The translations under genes and the position numbers were made by a program. Shown piece after piece: positions 11,572 to 21,072 of a stretch of 64,000 nucleotides of DNA. Each line of letters starts with the position of its first letter. The stretch's first letter is position 1. The notes beneath the pieces are model-generated. The model had not been told where the DNA came from and searched no databases. It worked only from the letters and a program-made list of their open reading frames with translations. Origin of the DNA: Bacteriovoracaceae bacterium (GTDB lineage Bacteria > Bdellovibrionota > Bacteriovoracia > Bacteriovoracales > Bacteriovoracaceae); contig JAGLPP010000019.1 in the NCBI GenBank assembly GCA_023137315.1, positions 4,949 through 68,948 of the forward strand, read 5' to 3'.

Positions 11572-13461
11572 ATGGAGCGAATTAAAAGACTTGAAGAGGA
11601 GATACTCCGTCATCGTGCACTTTACTATCAAGGGCGTTCGGAAATATCCGATAATGAATATGATTTGCTGGAAGAAGAATTAAAAAGCATTGATCCAAAC
11701 AATTATGTTTTTAGTATTGTTGGTTCTGAGCTTAAAGGTCGCGGCAAGGTACGTCACAAAGCAAAAATGCTTTCACTTAATAAGACATACGATATTGATG
11801 ATTTAAGGGAATGGATTGGTGTCGATAACGTTGTTTCAACTTATAAAATTGATGGTGTAAGTTGTTCTCTTATATATCAAAACGGACGTTTGTCCATGGG
11901 AAAGACGCGCGGTGATGGTACTTACGGAGAAAATATTACTTCCAAGTTGATGTGGATTGAAAGTATTCCAAAGGATCTTGATGGTTTGACTGATACAATT
12001 GAAATAAGAGGGGAGCTTTATTGTCCTGAGGAGAAATTTTTTCACCTTGCAGATGAAATGGAAAAAATTGGACAGGATCGTCCTTCATCACAGAGAAATA
12101 TTGTTGCCGGCTTGATGGGTAGAAAAGAAAATCTGGAATTGTGTCGTTATATTTCATTTCAGGCATTTGAATATATGGCGGAAGAACTTCCATTCAACAG
12201 TGAGCATGACAAATTTAAATTGATGTCTAATTTGGGTTTTGAAACACCAAATTTTATTCTTCACACCGATAATACAAGGATAGAGGATGCCATAGAAGAA
12301 GCTAAAGTTTTTATGTCAGAAGGAGATTATCAGATAGACGGCCTTGTTTTTGCCTATGATGAACTTGAAAAACAAAGATCTCTTGGAGAGACGTCTCATC
12401 ATCCACGTTATAAAATGGCGTTTAAATTTAAAGGTGAATCCAAGGTTACGACAATTAAGAAAATTATCTGGTCGGTGTCAAGAAATGGTGTACTAACCCC
12501 TGTTGGAAATGTTGAAAAAATCGAATTAAGTGGTGCCAGGATTTCTCGCGTGACACTTCATAATTTTGGAATGGTCAGACATTATAATCTAAAGCATGGT
12601 GACAGGATTGAGATTATTCGTTCCGGGGAAGTGATCCCAAAATTTCTAAGTGTTGTTGAGTCATCCGGCGAACAATTTGAATACCCATCCAAATGTCCCG
12701 AGTGTGGGGCTGAAACAATAATTGAAGATATCAGGCTTTACTGTTCCAACCCAAACTGTTCTGCCAGAATAAAGGAACAGATTCTTAATTTTATACAGAA
12801 AATAGGAATATATGATCTGAGCTCCAAAAGGCTTGATGCACTTATTGAATCAGGCATGGTCAAGTCCACGGTGGATGTTTATAAACTCAGCATTGATGAC
12901 TTTAAAAAAATGGACAAGGTCAAGGATAAGCTTGCGGAGAAAATGCATAAGAGTATTCAGGGAACCAAACACGTGGATTTTGTTACATTTTTAGCTTCAT
13001 TGGGTATTTCAGGAGGAGCATATAACACATGTAAAAAGGTCGTGGATGCCGGCTTTAACAGTATTGAAAAAATAAGCAAGCTAACTGTCAGTGAGTTATC
13101 GTTAATTGATTCTTTTGCAGAAAAGTCCTCGGAAGAATTTTTGAAGTCATTCAACGAAAAACTTCCACTAATCAACGAACTGATAGGTGTCGGGTTTTTA
13201 TTTAAGACTCATTCAAGTGTCGAGAAACCACTTGATGGGAAGAAAATATGTATTACAGGGGCACTTTCAGAAAAGAGAAGTCTTATAGAAAAGTGGATAC
13301 GTGATGCTGGAGGAGTGATCACCGGATCTGTTTCCAATAAAACGGATTATCTTCTGACAAATGATCAGGAGTCAAATTCCTCAAAGTTTAAAAAGGCAAA
13401 ACAATTTGGAGTTGAAATTATCAGTGAAGAAAAAGTCAAAAAGATGGTCAATTTCTTATAG
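11572..13461 (+). CDS. ligA: NAD-dependent DNA ligase
   Basis: 629 aa. Adenylation motif KIDGVS, N-terminal LRHRALYYQG, a four-Cys zinc finger (CPECGAE...CSNPNC), and a C-terminal BRCT-like region (GKKICITGALS). Confidence 0.97.
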   Translation: MERIKRLEEEILRHRALYYQGRSEISDNEYDLLEEELKSIDPNNYVFSIVGSELKGRGKVRHKAKMLSLNKTYDIDDLREWIGVDNVVSTYKIDGVSCSLIYQNGRLSMGKTRGDGTYGENITSKLMWIESIPKDLDGLTDTIEIRGELYCPEEKFFHLADEMEKIGQDRPSSQRNIVAGLMGRKENLELCRYISFQAFEYMAEELPFNSEHDKFKLMSNLGFETPNFILHTDNTRIEDAIEEAKVFMSEGDYQIDGLVFAYDELEKQRSLGETSHHPRYKMAFKFKGESKVTTIKKIIWSVSRNGVLTPVGNVEKIELSGARISRVTLHNFGMVRHYNLKHGDRIEIIRSGEVIPKFLSVVESSGEQFEYPSKCPECGAETIIEDIRLYCSNPNCSARIKEQILNFIQKIGIYDLSSKRLDALIESGMVKSTVDVYKLSIDDFKKMDKVKDKLAEKMHKSIQGTKHVDFVTFLASLGISGGAYNTCKKVVDAGFNSIEKISKLTVSELSLIDSFAEKSSEEFLKSFNEKLPLINELIGVGFLFKTHSSVEKPLDGKKICITGALSEKRSLIEKWIRDAGGVITGSVSNKTDYLLTNDQESNSSKFKKAKQFGVEIISEEKVKKMVNFL

Positions 13462-13535
13462 CGGTTATTAACAACGGCCATGATTTTATGTGGATAAGAT
13501 TAATAAATAATTATCAAAAGTGAATAAGGTTTAAT

Positions 13536-14900
13536 ATGGCAAAAAAAAATACAATTTATATCTGTTCCAATTGTACATATCAGGTTTCAAAGTGGACTGG
13601 AAAATGTCCGGAATGTGGTGAATGGAACTCATTTGAGGAACAAATCCTTGAAAGACCTAACGCAAAGACTGCTACACGCAAGATTTCAAAAAGTGAAAAA
13701 CCACTTCTTATAAGCGAAATTGATTCCCATGACCAATTACGTGTTAAAACAGGGATTAATGAATTTGACAGGGTGCTTGGGGGGGGAATTGTACCGGGTT
13801 CTCTTGTTCTTATTGGAGGAGAGCCTGGGATAGGAAAATCAACCCTGTTGACCAGTGTTATGGGACAACTTGTTGCAAATGCACCAGACAGACCTATTCT
13901 TTATGTCTCAGGGGAAGAATCCTCCGGACAGATTGCACAAAGAATGAAACGCTTAAAAATAACAGGTGAAAATTTTTTTATATATCACGAGACCAATTGG
14001 CAGAATATTCAAGAACAGATACGTGTTGTTAAACCGGCATTTATAGTTTTGGATTCCATTCAAACGACAATATCATCCGAGATCCAGTCAGCCCCGGGAA
14101 CTGTATCACAGGTCAGGGAGGTTACCTACGAATTGATGAATGAGATCAAGTCACGTGGTATGATGAGTTTTGTAATTGGGCATATCACCAAGGATGGATC
14201 AATAGCCGGGCCCAAGATTTTGGAACACATGGTGGACACAGTTATTTATTTTGAAGGTGATCAACATGGTCATTACCGTGTACTTCGCGGCATAAAGAAC
14301 AGGTTTGGAAGTACAAATGAAGTGGGTGTATTTGAAATGACAGGTGAAGGATTAAAGGAAGTGCCGAATCCATCGCAATATTTTCTGGATGAAAATCTTG
14401 AAAAAGCCTATGGCCGGAGTCTTACCTGTGTTGTTGAAGGAAGCAGGTCAATTTTTGTTGAACTACAGGCGTTGGTTGTAAGCAATCATAATGGAAATGG
14501 AAGAAGAACAACACACGGGATTGATAATAATCGTTTGTCGATGTTGATTGCGGTTTTGGAAAAATATTTAGGACTTTCAATGTCCTATAGTGATGTTTTT
14601 CTTAATGTTGTTGGCGGTATCAGACTTGATAGTCGTGAGTCTGATCTGAGTATTATTGCTTCAATCCTGAGTTCTTACAAGACTCATCCGATTGAGCCTT
14701 CAACTGTTTTTGTTGGAGAAGTTGGTTTAACAGGAGAGGTGCGTGCCACTCCTAAAATGGAGATGAGATTGCGTGAAATGTCGCAATTAAATTATCGCTG
14801 TCTTGTTACTTCAAAAAAGGTGGCAAGTGAATTTGATGGCAAATTTCCAATAAAGATCATAGGGATTGAAAAGGTCACGGAATTGGAAAATTTTCTATAA
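13536..14900 (+). CDS. radA: DNA repair protein RadA
   Basis: N-terminal zinc finger CSNCTYQVSKWTGKCPECGEWNSF, Walker A GGEPGIGKST, a KNRFG motif, and a Lon-like C-terminal domain. Confidence 0.97.
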   Translation: MAKKNTIYICSNCTYQVSKWTGKCPECGEWNSFEEQILERPNAKTATRKISKSEKPLLISEIDSHDQLRVKTGINEFDRVLGGGIVPGSLVLIGGEPGIGKSTLLTSVMGQLVANAPDRPILYVSGEESSGQIAQRMKRLKITGENFFIYHETNWQNIQEQIRVVKPAFIVLDSIQTTISSEIQSAPGTVSQVREVTYELMNEIKSRGMMSFVIGHITKDGSIAGPKILEHMVDTVIYFEGDQHGHYRVLRGIKNRFGSTNEVGVFEMTGEGLKEVPNPSQYFLDENLEKAYGRSLTCVVEGSRSIFVELQALVVSNHNGNGRRTTHGIDNNRLSMLIAVLEKYLGLSMSYSDVFLNVVGGIRLDSRESDLSIIASILSSYKTHPIEPSTVFVGEVGLTGEVRATPKMEMRLREMSQLNYRCLVTSKKVASEFDGKFPIKIIGIEKVTELENFL

Positions 14901-16385
14901 GAACATTTTTTGTATATATGATTTCCAACCATTTTTTTTGGTTCGATAAAAATTCAATTCCTTGTCGTTTGGATTAAAGGATTTATCTTTGCGCCATAAA
15001 TTATCAATTTGATCAAAATCAATGAGTCCAATTCCAATGCCGGCCCCAAGTGCAACACCATAGGAAGTTGTTTCGATTATTTCGGGACGAATGATGGTTA
15101 ATTCTGAAACTGTGGATTGAATAGACATTAAAAGATTATTGACGACTGCGCCGCCATCAACTTTTAATGACGTTATTTCAAGTCTGGTATCTTTTTTCAT
15201 GGCGTCTATCAAGTCATTTATGGACAGGGCAATTCCATCAAGACAGGCACGTGCTATATGTGCTTTTTTAGAATCACGTGTCAAGCCTACGATGGCCGCC
15301 TTGGCATCAGGCTGCCAATGGGGGGATCCAATTCCGGTAAAGAATGGCAGAAAGTAGATGTGTTGCATTTTTGCCAGGTCATCAATTTCATTTGCAAGTT
15401 TTTCGATATCAGAGCTGTTGTCTATGATTTGCAAACCATCCCTCAACCATTGAACGGCAGCGCCGGTAATGTAGCAGCTTCCCTCAAGCGCATAGTGTAT
15501 TTTATTTGAGTATTTATAACCAACTGTAGTTAGCAAACCGGAGTCGGATGTAACTTTTTTGGTTCCGGTATTAAGCAGAATGAATGAGCCTGTACCATAT
15601 GTACATTTCATTGCACCTTTGCCATATCCTGCCTGGCCAAAGAGTGCTGCCTGTTGATCACCAAGAATTCCTGTGATTGGAATACCGTCGGGCAAAAAAG
15701 AAAGTCCATTGGTTTTTCCAAAGTCCGTAAAAGAGTCCTTGATTTCAGGTAGAATTTTCTTATCGATATCCATAATTGAAAGAAGCATGTCATCCCAGTT
15801 GCAGGAATCAATATTCATTAAGAGTGTTCTTGAGGCATTGCTGGCTTCAGTTGCAAAAGAATTACCATTTGTTAGTTTGTAAAGCAGGAACGTATCAACG
15901 GTGCCGACCAATAAATCATTTTCCCTGTATGCATTTTGGATTTCAGGAGAATTTTCCAGAAGCCATTTTATTTTGGTTCCTGAAAAGTAAGGATCAACGG
16001 GAAGTCCTGTTTTATTCACAAAAATATTTTCATTCCCATTTTTTTTAATATCTTCGCAAATACTTATCGTACGCCGATCCTGCCAGACGATGGCATTTCT
16101 TATGGGGGTTCCATTTTTTCTAAATGGACAGATGGTCTCTCTTTGGTTGGTGATTCCAATGGTGATTATATCATTTGCCGAAATGGCACTTTTTTTCAAA
16201 ACATCTTTTACACTTTTTTCCACACTTTTCCAGATATCATTTAGATCATGTTCCACATAGCCTGGAAGTGGATAAATTTGTTGAAATTCGAGAGTTGATT
16301 TTTCTACAAATTCAAAGGTTTTTGCGTTGACCAGAATGGAGGTCGTGCTTGTCGTTCCCTGGTCAATGGAAAGAATATATTTCAT
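14895..16385 (-). CDS. glpK: glycerol kinase
   Basis: 496 aa. N-terminal ILSIDQGTTSTTS and FGGY-family blocks (ITNQRET, GDQQAALFGQ). GAGG lies 5 nt upstream of the ATG. Confidence 0.96.
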   Translation of the reverse strand: MKYILSIDQGTTSTTSILVNAKTFEFVEKSTLEFQQIYPLPGYVEHDLNDIWKSVEKSVKDVLKKSAISANDIITIGITNQRETICPFRKNGTPIRNAIVWQDRRTISICEDIKKNGNENIFVNKTGLPVDPYFSGTKIKWLLENSPEIQNAYRENDLLVGTVDTFLLYKLTNGNSFATEASNASRTLLMNIDSCNWDDMLLSIMDIDKKILPEIKDSFTDFGKTNGLSFLPDGIPITGILGDQQAALFGQAGYGKGAMKCTYGTGSFILLNTGTKKVTSDSGLLTTVGYKYSNKIHYALEGSCYITGAAVQWLRDGLQIIDNSSDIEKLANEIDDLAKMQHIYFLPFFTGIGSPHWQPDAKAAIVGLTRDSKKAHIARACLDGIALSINDLIDAMKKDTRLEITSLKVDGGAVVNNLLMSIQSTVSELTIIRPEIIETTSYGVALGAGIGIGLIDFDQIDNLWRKDKSFNPNDKELNFYRTKKNGWKSYIQKMFL

Positions 16386-16402
16386 GACAACCTCGTGGAA
16401 TT

Positions 16403-16615
16403 TTACAAAAGTTCGACTTTTGTTGGATTATCAGGATCAGGACTGGTTATAATTGTTATGAATTGAACCCAGCGATCAGCTATTGCAGTGTTTACGCCCC
16501 TCATCAGGGTAAATGACATAATAATCAGGATAAGAAACAAAAACAAAAATTCCATAAAAGACTGCCCAGAGTGGTTTTTGTAACTTGAAATGTTATTTAT
16601 GGATTTTTTTTCCAT
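16403..16615 (-). CDS. small membrane protein with a prepilin/TadE-like N-terminus
   Basis: 70 aa. A polar leader is followed by G-QSFM-E-F (Glu at +5 after Gly) and a 20-residue hydrophobic helix (LFLFLILIIMSFTLM), as in class III/TadE-type prepilin signals. It lies 17 nt upstream of glpK on the same strand. The short ORF may not be expressed. Confidence 0.4.
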   Translation of the reverse strand: MEKKSINNISSYKNHSGQSFMEFLFLFLILIIMSFTLMRGVNTAIADRWVQFITIITSPDPDNPTKVELL

Positions 16616-16696
16616 TTACGTATTGTATGTCCAAATGTATCTACAGCTAATATTGCTATATTATACATTAGCAGCAAACCTTTGGAAGTCCGTAAG

Positions 16697-17254
16697 ATGA
16701 GAAAATATCTTCCCCTGTTTATTTTTTTAATGTTCTTTTCATTTTTTCTGGGGGTACAGATAGTATTTAATGATTTGGATATTTTTGTCAGTTCTCAAAC
16801 AGACAAAACAGGCATTTATGAACAGTATCAAAAAGCTTTTAAGGAAACAGTACTAATGACCACGGAAAATAATGTGGTTAAGCTATCAGACGTTAAGTCA
16901 CCAATCGTTATATTGAAATTTTGGGCCAGTTGGTGTTCTCCATGTCTGGATGAATTCAAAGCCTTGGTTGAATTTAAAAAAAAATTTTCCGATGAGCAAA
17001 TTGTTGTTTTTGCAATTACTGGGGAGCATCATCACAGATTGAACGAAATTAACAAGGCCAAAAGAAAGGTTGGTATCAATTTTCCAGTTATTCTCGATCA
17101 TACTGGAAAAATCTTCAGTCGATTTCAAATCAACAAAATACCATCCTCGATTATATTTAAAGACGGAAAGGTCTTTAAACACTCAAATGATGAAAGTGAT
17201 CTGTGGAATAGGGATAAATTGGACAGGTTATATAATTTATTAAAAATACGTTAA
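16697..17254 (+). CDS. TlpA/ResA-like membrane-anchored thiol:disulfide oxidoreductase (thioredoxin fold)
   Basis: N-terminal TM segment (YLPLFIFLMFFSFFLGV) and the active-site motif FWASWCSPCLDEF (CxxC). ATG at 16697 is preferred to the TTG at 16682. Confidence 0.85.
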   Translation: MRKYLPLFIFLMFFSFFLGVQIVFNDLDIFVSSQTDKTGIYEQYQKAFKETVLMTTENNVVKLSDVKSPIVILKFWASWCSPCLDEFKALVEFKKKFSDEQIVVFAITGEHHHRLNEINKAKRKVGINFPVILDHTGKIFSRFQINKIPSSIIFKDGKVFKHSNDESDLWNRDKLDRLYNLLKIR

Positions 17255-17345
17255 CATTAATCCTATCAAAATTATTTAGACAAGATTGTCATACAAGAAT
17301 GTAAGTGATAAATTCGATAAATTCATTAAAATTCAGGGAGGCATA

Positions 17346-18626
17346 GTGTCAAAAAAACTTAATCCAAAAGAATTATATCGTTTGCCGTGGTCTTTAACAG
17401 ATAATGGTATTTCATGGCTGGAAGTAACCACAAAATGTAATCTTCATTGTAAGGGTTGTTATCGCGATCAAACAAAAGACGGACATAAAACACTTGAAAA
17501 AATTCAAGAAGATCTGGATGTTTTTAAGGCAAAAAGAAACAGCGATTGTATGAGCATAGCCGGGGGCGATCCACTTGTGCATCCGCAGATTGTTGAAATA
17601 GTTAAAATGATCAAGGACATGGGATGGAAACCAATATTAAATACAAACGGAATTGCCCTGACCCATGAGCTTCTTGAGCAATTAAAAGAGGCCGGAGTTT
17701 TTGGTTTTACTTTTCATGTTGATTTAAGTCAAGGCCGTCCAGATGCTCCCGCAAGTGCGAAAACAGAAGGAGATCTCAATTTTATCAGGGAAAAATATGC
17801 CAGAATGCTTGCCAATGTTGGTGGTAATATTGCTTGTTCATTTAATCAAACAGTTACAGAAAAAACATTGAATCAATTGCCGGAAGTCTATGAATGGGCA
17901 TTACGGAATGTAGATATCGTTCATTCGATTGTATATATTCTATATCGTGAGCCTGGAATGTGCCCCCAATTTGATAATTTCGTAAATGGTAAGAAAATTG
18001 TAATGCCTTATGAAAATACCGACTGGGGAGATGGAAAAATTCTCAAGGCACAGGATGCCGTTGATATGATTCGAACCATTGAACCAACATATGAGCCAAG
18101 TGCTTATCTAAACGGTACCTGTGATCCGGATTCCATGAAATGGCTTTTGGGTGTAAGGGTTGGCCAGGGAGATAAAACGTATGGATTTGTTTCTCCGAAA
18201 TTTCAAAAGATTGTTCAGCATGTTTTCCATATTGTAAAAGGAAAATGGTTGTCTTATGCATCCCCATCAGTGTCGGTTGCCGGAAAAATAACGATGATTC
18301 TTTTTTCCCTTGTAGACAAGGAAATGAGGAAAACTCTTGTGAATTTTCTTAAATCAAATATTACGACCCCATGGAATTTGTTCAGGAAGGTTAGTTTTCA
18401 GGGTTTTATGGTAATTCAACCTGTCGATTTTCTTGAAGATGGTCGTCAAAACATGTGTGACGGATGTCCTGATATGACAGTACACAATGGGAAACTTTAT
18501 TGGAGCTGTCGACTTGAAGAAATCAAGGAATATGGTACTTTTCTAACGACTTATCCAAGACAGTCTGAAAAGACAGATTCTGATGTTATTCAAACATCTG
18601 AAGAAGAAACTCAGCGAGCGCAATAA
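17346..18626 (+). CDS. radical SAM domain protein, unknown substrate
   Basis: Canonical CNLHCKGCY (Cx3Cx2C) cluster motif, a GGDPLVHP glycine-rich SAM motif, and a C-terminal Cys-containing region (CDGCPDM...WSC). A GTG start at 17346 follows GGGAGG by 5 nt; the raw ORF begins at a TTG at 17286. Confidence 0.8.
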   Translation: MSKKLNPKELYRLPWSLTDNGISWLEVTTKCNLHCKGCYRDQTKDGHKTLEKIQEDLDVFKAKRNSDCMSIAGGDPLVHPQIVEIVKMIKDMGWKPILNTNGIALTHELLEQLKEAGVFGFTFHVDLSQGRPDAPASAKTEGDLNFIREKYARMLANVGGNIACSFNQTVTEKTLNQLPEVYEWALRNVDIVHSIVYILYREPGMCPQFDNFVNGKKIVMPYENTDWGDGKILKAQDAVDMIRTIEPTYEPSAYLNGTCDPDSMKWLLGVRVGQGDKTYGFVSPKFQKIVQHVFHIVKGKWLSYASPSVSVAGKITMILFSLVDKEMRKTLVNFLKSNITTPWNLFRKVSFQGFMVIQPVDFLEDGRQNMCDGCPDMTVHNGKLYWSCRLEEIKEYGTFLTTYPRQSEKTDSDVIQTSEEETQRAQ

Positions 18627-18843
18627 GCAAAAAACAGCTCCACTTTTTACCAAATAGTGCAATAAATGAATGCCTTCTCCAGCGCGTTCAAATCCTCAGG
18701 ATTCATAATCGTCGAGAGGACATGATGGAGCCTTGAGTTAGACTAATAATTACTATTGTTAGACATAGCACTATTTTAATAGTTCTTGAATTATGTATAA
18801 TAACCAAATGGTCTTAAAATTATTTATTAATATGGGAGAGAAA

Positions 18844-19308
18844 ATGAGAAGTTTATTATTTTTAATGTGCTTATTGGTTTCATCGTCGGCTTTTTCTGTA
18901 AAGATTACAAAACAGGAGGTAGTGGATTTAGTTGAAAAAACATGTGCTGAAATTCAAAAGACAGCAAATTATCAAGATGTTTTAAATAAAATTACTGCTG
19001 CGGAACATCCGTATAAGGATAAAGACAATCCTGCTAAATATGTATTTGCTTATGATGATAAAGTAAATATTATTGCACATCCTAAAAAAAATCTGGTTGG
19101 GAAAAACTACCATAATAAACCAGATGTAAGGGGAAATAAATTTAGAGATAGTATTGTTAATGGTGCCCTCAAGAATGGAACGGGATGGGCTGAATATTAT
19201 TACAAAAAACCAGGTGCTGTTGGAATTAAAAAGAAGAATGCATATTACAAACTTTGTTCCAAGGGTGATGTTAAAATTATTTTGGCAAGTGGTCGATATG
19301 CAGAATAG
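18844..19308 (+). CDS. secreted stand-alone single-Cache (sCache_2-like) sensor domain protein
   Basis: Signal peptide MRSLLFLMCLLVSSSAFS, then the block YVFAYDDKVNIIAHPKKNLVGKNYHNKPDVRGNKFRDSIV...GTGWAEYYYKKPG...KKNAYYKL...ILASGRY, which matches the sCache_2 pattern (Y.F.yD..G...aHP...lvGkn....D..G..f....G.G...Y.w.kP....K..Y......sG.Y). There is no TM or output domain. Confidence 0.75.
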   Translation: MRSLLFLMCLLVSSSAFSVKITKQEVVDLVEKTCAEIQKTANYQDVLNKITAAEHPYKDKDNPAKYVFAYDDKVNIIAHPKKNLVGKNYHNKPDVRGNKFRDSIVNGALKNGTGWAEYYYKKPGAVGIKKKNAYYKLCSKGDVKIILASGRYAE

Positions 19309-19347
19309 TTTCAAATGGTACTTGTTACTAATGGTGGTAATATATAT

Positions 19348-21072
19348 ATGAGTCAGTTTTTTAAAAATATCATAATTAGCCTGCAACCTCGGAATGTAAC
19401 AGTAAAAGTGCAACTGATGACAATAGGCATTGTTTTATTTGTTTCAATGGGAGCGACAGTAATTCTGGCGCTCCTTAATATTAAGCCTCTCACTACAGCA
19501 CTTAATGCAACCGGAAGCCAAGGGGTAATTCTTAAATCATACCTCGTGGTTAACAGTAATTTTCGTAATATTGAAAAGGCATATTTAAATTCCATTGTTA
19601 TGGCAATGATGGGGAAAGAGGGAAAGAATTTAATAACACCTGTAAATTTTGCCATGAAGGAGTTAGACGATTCTATCTCCATAATTCGTGCTGCAAATAA
19701 CGAAGTTGATCTTATAGAAAGTGTAAAAGATTTCAGTAATTCATTAAAAATCGGTATGAAGTTTATTGCATCGACAGATTCATACGGAGCGAGTGAATAC
19801 TATGATAAAAAACTGAAAAAAAAGGCAGAAGCCATAAGAGGGTATTTATTAAAAAAAATAGCTGTACAAGAGAATGAGTTGCATAAAGTCAATGAGCTTA
19901 CAACAAAAGTAAAACAAAATACCAAGAGTCGACAAATGATATTTGTTATTTTTGTTTTTCTAGCAGCACTTTCATGTGGATTTTTTCTCATCGGTATCAT
20001 TAGAAATATTTCTAGTAATATTCGTTTACTACTCTATCAAGCAAAGTTAATGAGTGATGCCGTTGAAAATGGAAAATTGGCAACTCGAGCTTCCACTGAT
20101 GATTTAAGTAGGGAGTTTTTGCCTGTATTGACTGCTATGAATAGAATTGTGGAGGCAATTGTGACCCCTATGCAGGAAGGCATTATTGTTATAAAGCAGT
20201 TGGCTGAGAAAAAATTAGGCATTAAGATGGTCAAAAAATACAATGGAGAACTTGAAAGGTTTAAAGAGGATATTAATTCTGTGGCAATAAACCTTCATCA
20301 TGCGATTAGAGAGGTTCAAAAAATTGCTCATTATGTTGGTCAGAGAGGGGAACAGATAGCCGAAGAAAACAAGACTCAATCACAAGCTGCCGGTGATCAA
20401 GCAGGTAGTTTGAAAAAGATTAATAATTCAATGCATATAGTTGGTAATAGTGCCAAGCAGAATGCAAAAGATGCTGTTGAAATGGCAAGCATTGGCAAAA
20501 ATGCCATGAGTAATGTTCATAATGGAACAGAGTGCATGAAAGACATGATTAGTGCCATGAATGAGATAGATACCTCCAGTAATAATATTTCAAAAATTAT
20601 AAAAGTAATTGATGAGATTTCATTTCAAACCAATCTATTGGCACTCAATGCTGCTGTTGAAGCTGCTCGTGCAGGAAAACATGGTAAAGGTTTTGCTGTA
20701 GTTGCAGAGGAGGTAAGAAATCTTTCTGGACGTTGTAGTATGGCAGCACAAGAGGTTACAGGAATGATTGAAGATTCTGTCAAGAAAGTTCAGACAGGAA
20801 CTGATGTGGCCAACAAAACTTCTACTGTTTTAGAGAAAATTGTTGCAGAGATTGACGATGTAAGTCGATTGATAGACCGTGTGAATAACTCTTCCAATGA
20901 ACAGGCAAAAAGTGTTATAGAAATTTCAAATTCCCTGGACCATGTTGATTTATTGACTCAGAAAAATGCGATTAGTTCTGCCAAATCGGTCAAGAGTTCG
21001 CAGGAATTAGCCATTCAAGTGAAACAACTTAATTTACTTGTTTCAGAATTTCATCTACCTGAAGAGAGGTAG
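19348..21072 (+). CDS. methyl-accepting chemotaxis protein (two TM segments, helical periplasmic domain, HAMP, MA domain)
   Basis: Highly conserved signalling hairpin [38 protein letters not shown], with TM1 ([18 protein letters not shown]) and TM2 ([22 protein letters not shown]). The start is either 19315 or 19348. Confidence 0.93.
   Translation: MSQFFKNIIISLQPRNVTVKVQLMTIGIVLFVSMGATVILALLNIKPLTTALNATGSQGVILKSYLVVNSNFRNIEKAYLNSIVMAMMGKEGKNLITPVNFAMKELDDSISIIRAANNEVDLIESVKDFSNSLKIGMKFIASTDSYGASEYYDKKLKKKAEAIRGYLLKKIAVQENELHKVNELTTKVKQNTKSRQMIFVIFVFLAALSCGFFLIGIIRNISSNIRLLLYQAKLMSDAVENGKLATRASTDDLSREFLPVLTAMNRIVEAIVTPMQEGIIVIKQLAEKKLGIKMVKKYNGELERFKEDINSVAINLHHAIREVQKIAHYVGQRGEQIAEENKTQSQAAGDQAGSLKKINNSMHIVGNSAKQNAKDAVEMASIGKNAMSNVHNGTECMKDMISAMNEIDTSSNNISKIIKVIDEISFQTNLLALNAAVEAARAGKHGKGFAVVAEEVRNLSGRCSMAAQEVTGMIEDSVKKVQTGTDVANKTSTVLEKIVAEIDDVSRLIDRVNNSSNEQAKSVIEISNSLDHVDLLTQKNAISSAKSVKSSQELAIQVKQLNLLVSEFHLPEER

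Noticed and set aside
18686-18703. A GTTCAAATCC motif, resembling a tRNA T-loop, followed by the AATCC-TCA-GGATT palindrome. I considered it as a tRNA gene or a tRNA-3'-end attachment-site remnant.
   Set aside because: The bases flanking the T-loop-like heptamer (GCGCG and CCTCA) cannot form a T-stem. No acceptor, D or anticodon arms can be drawn, and no integrase or mobile element lies nearby.
21051-21072. The MCP-hutI overlap and the overlap at 8220-8241 are both convergent 3'-end overlaps of exactly 22 nt. The MCP-hutI overlap contains a CTACCT-N6-AGGTAG hairpin.
   Set aside because: The two overlap sequences are unrelated, so the equal length looks coincidental. The 6-bp hairpin has no flanking U-run on either strand. 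At most it is a weak bidirectional pause or terminator, so I did not call it a feature.
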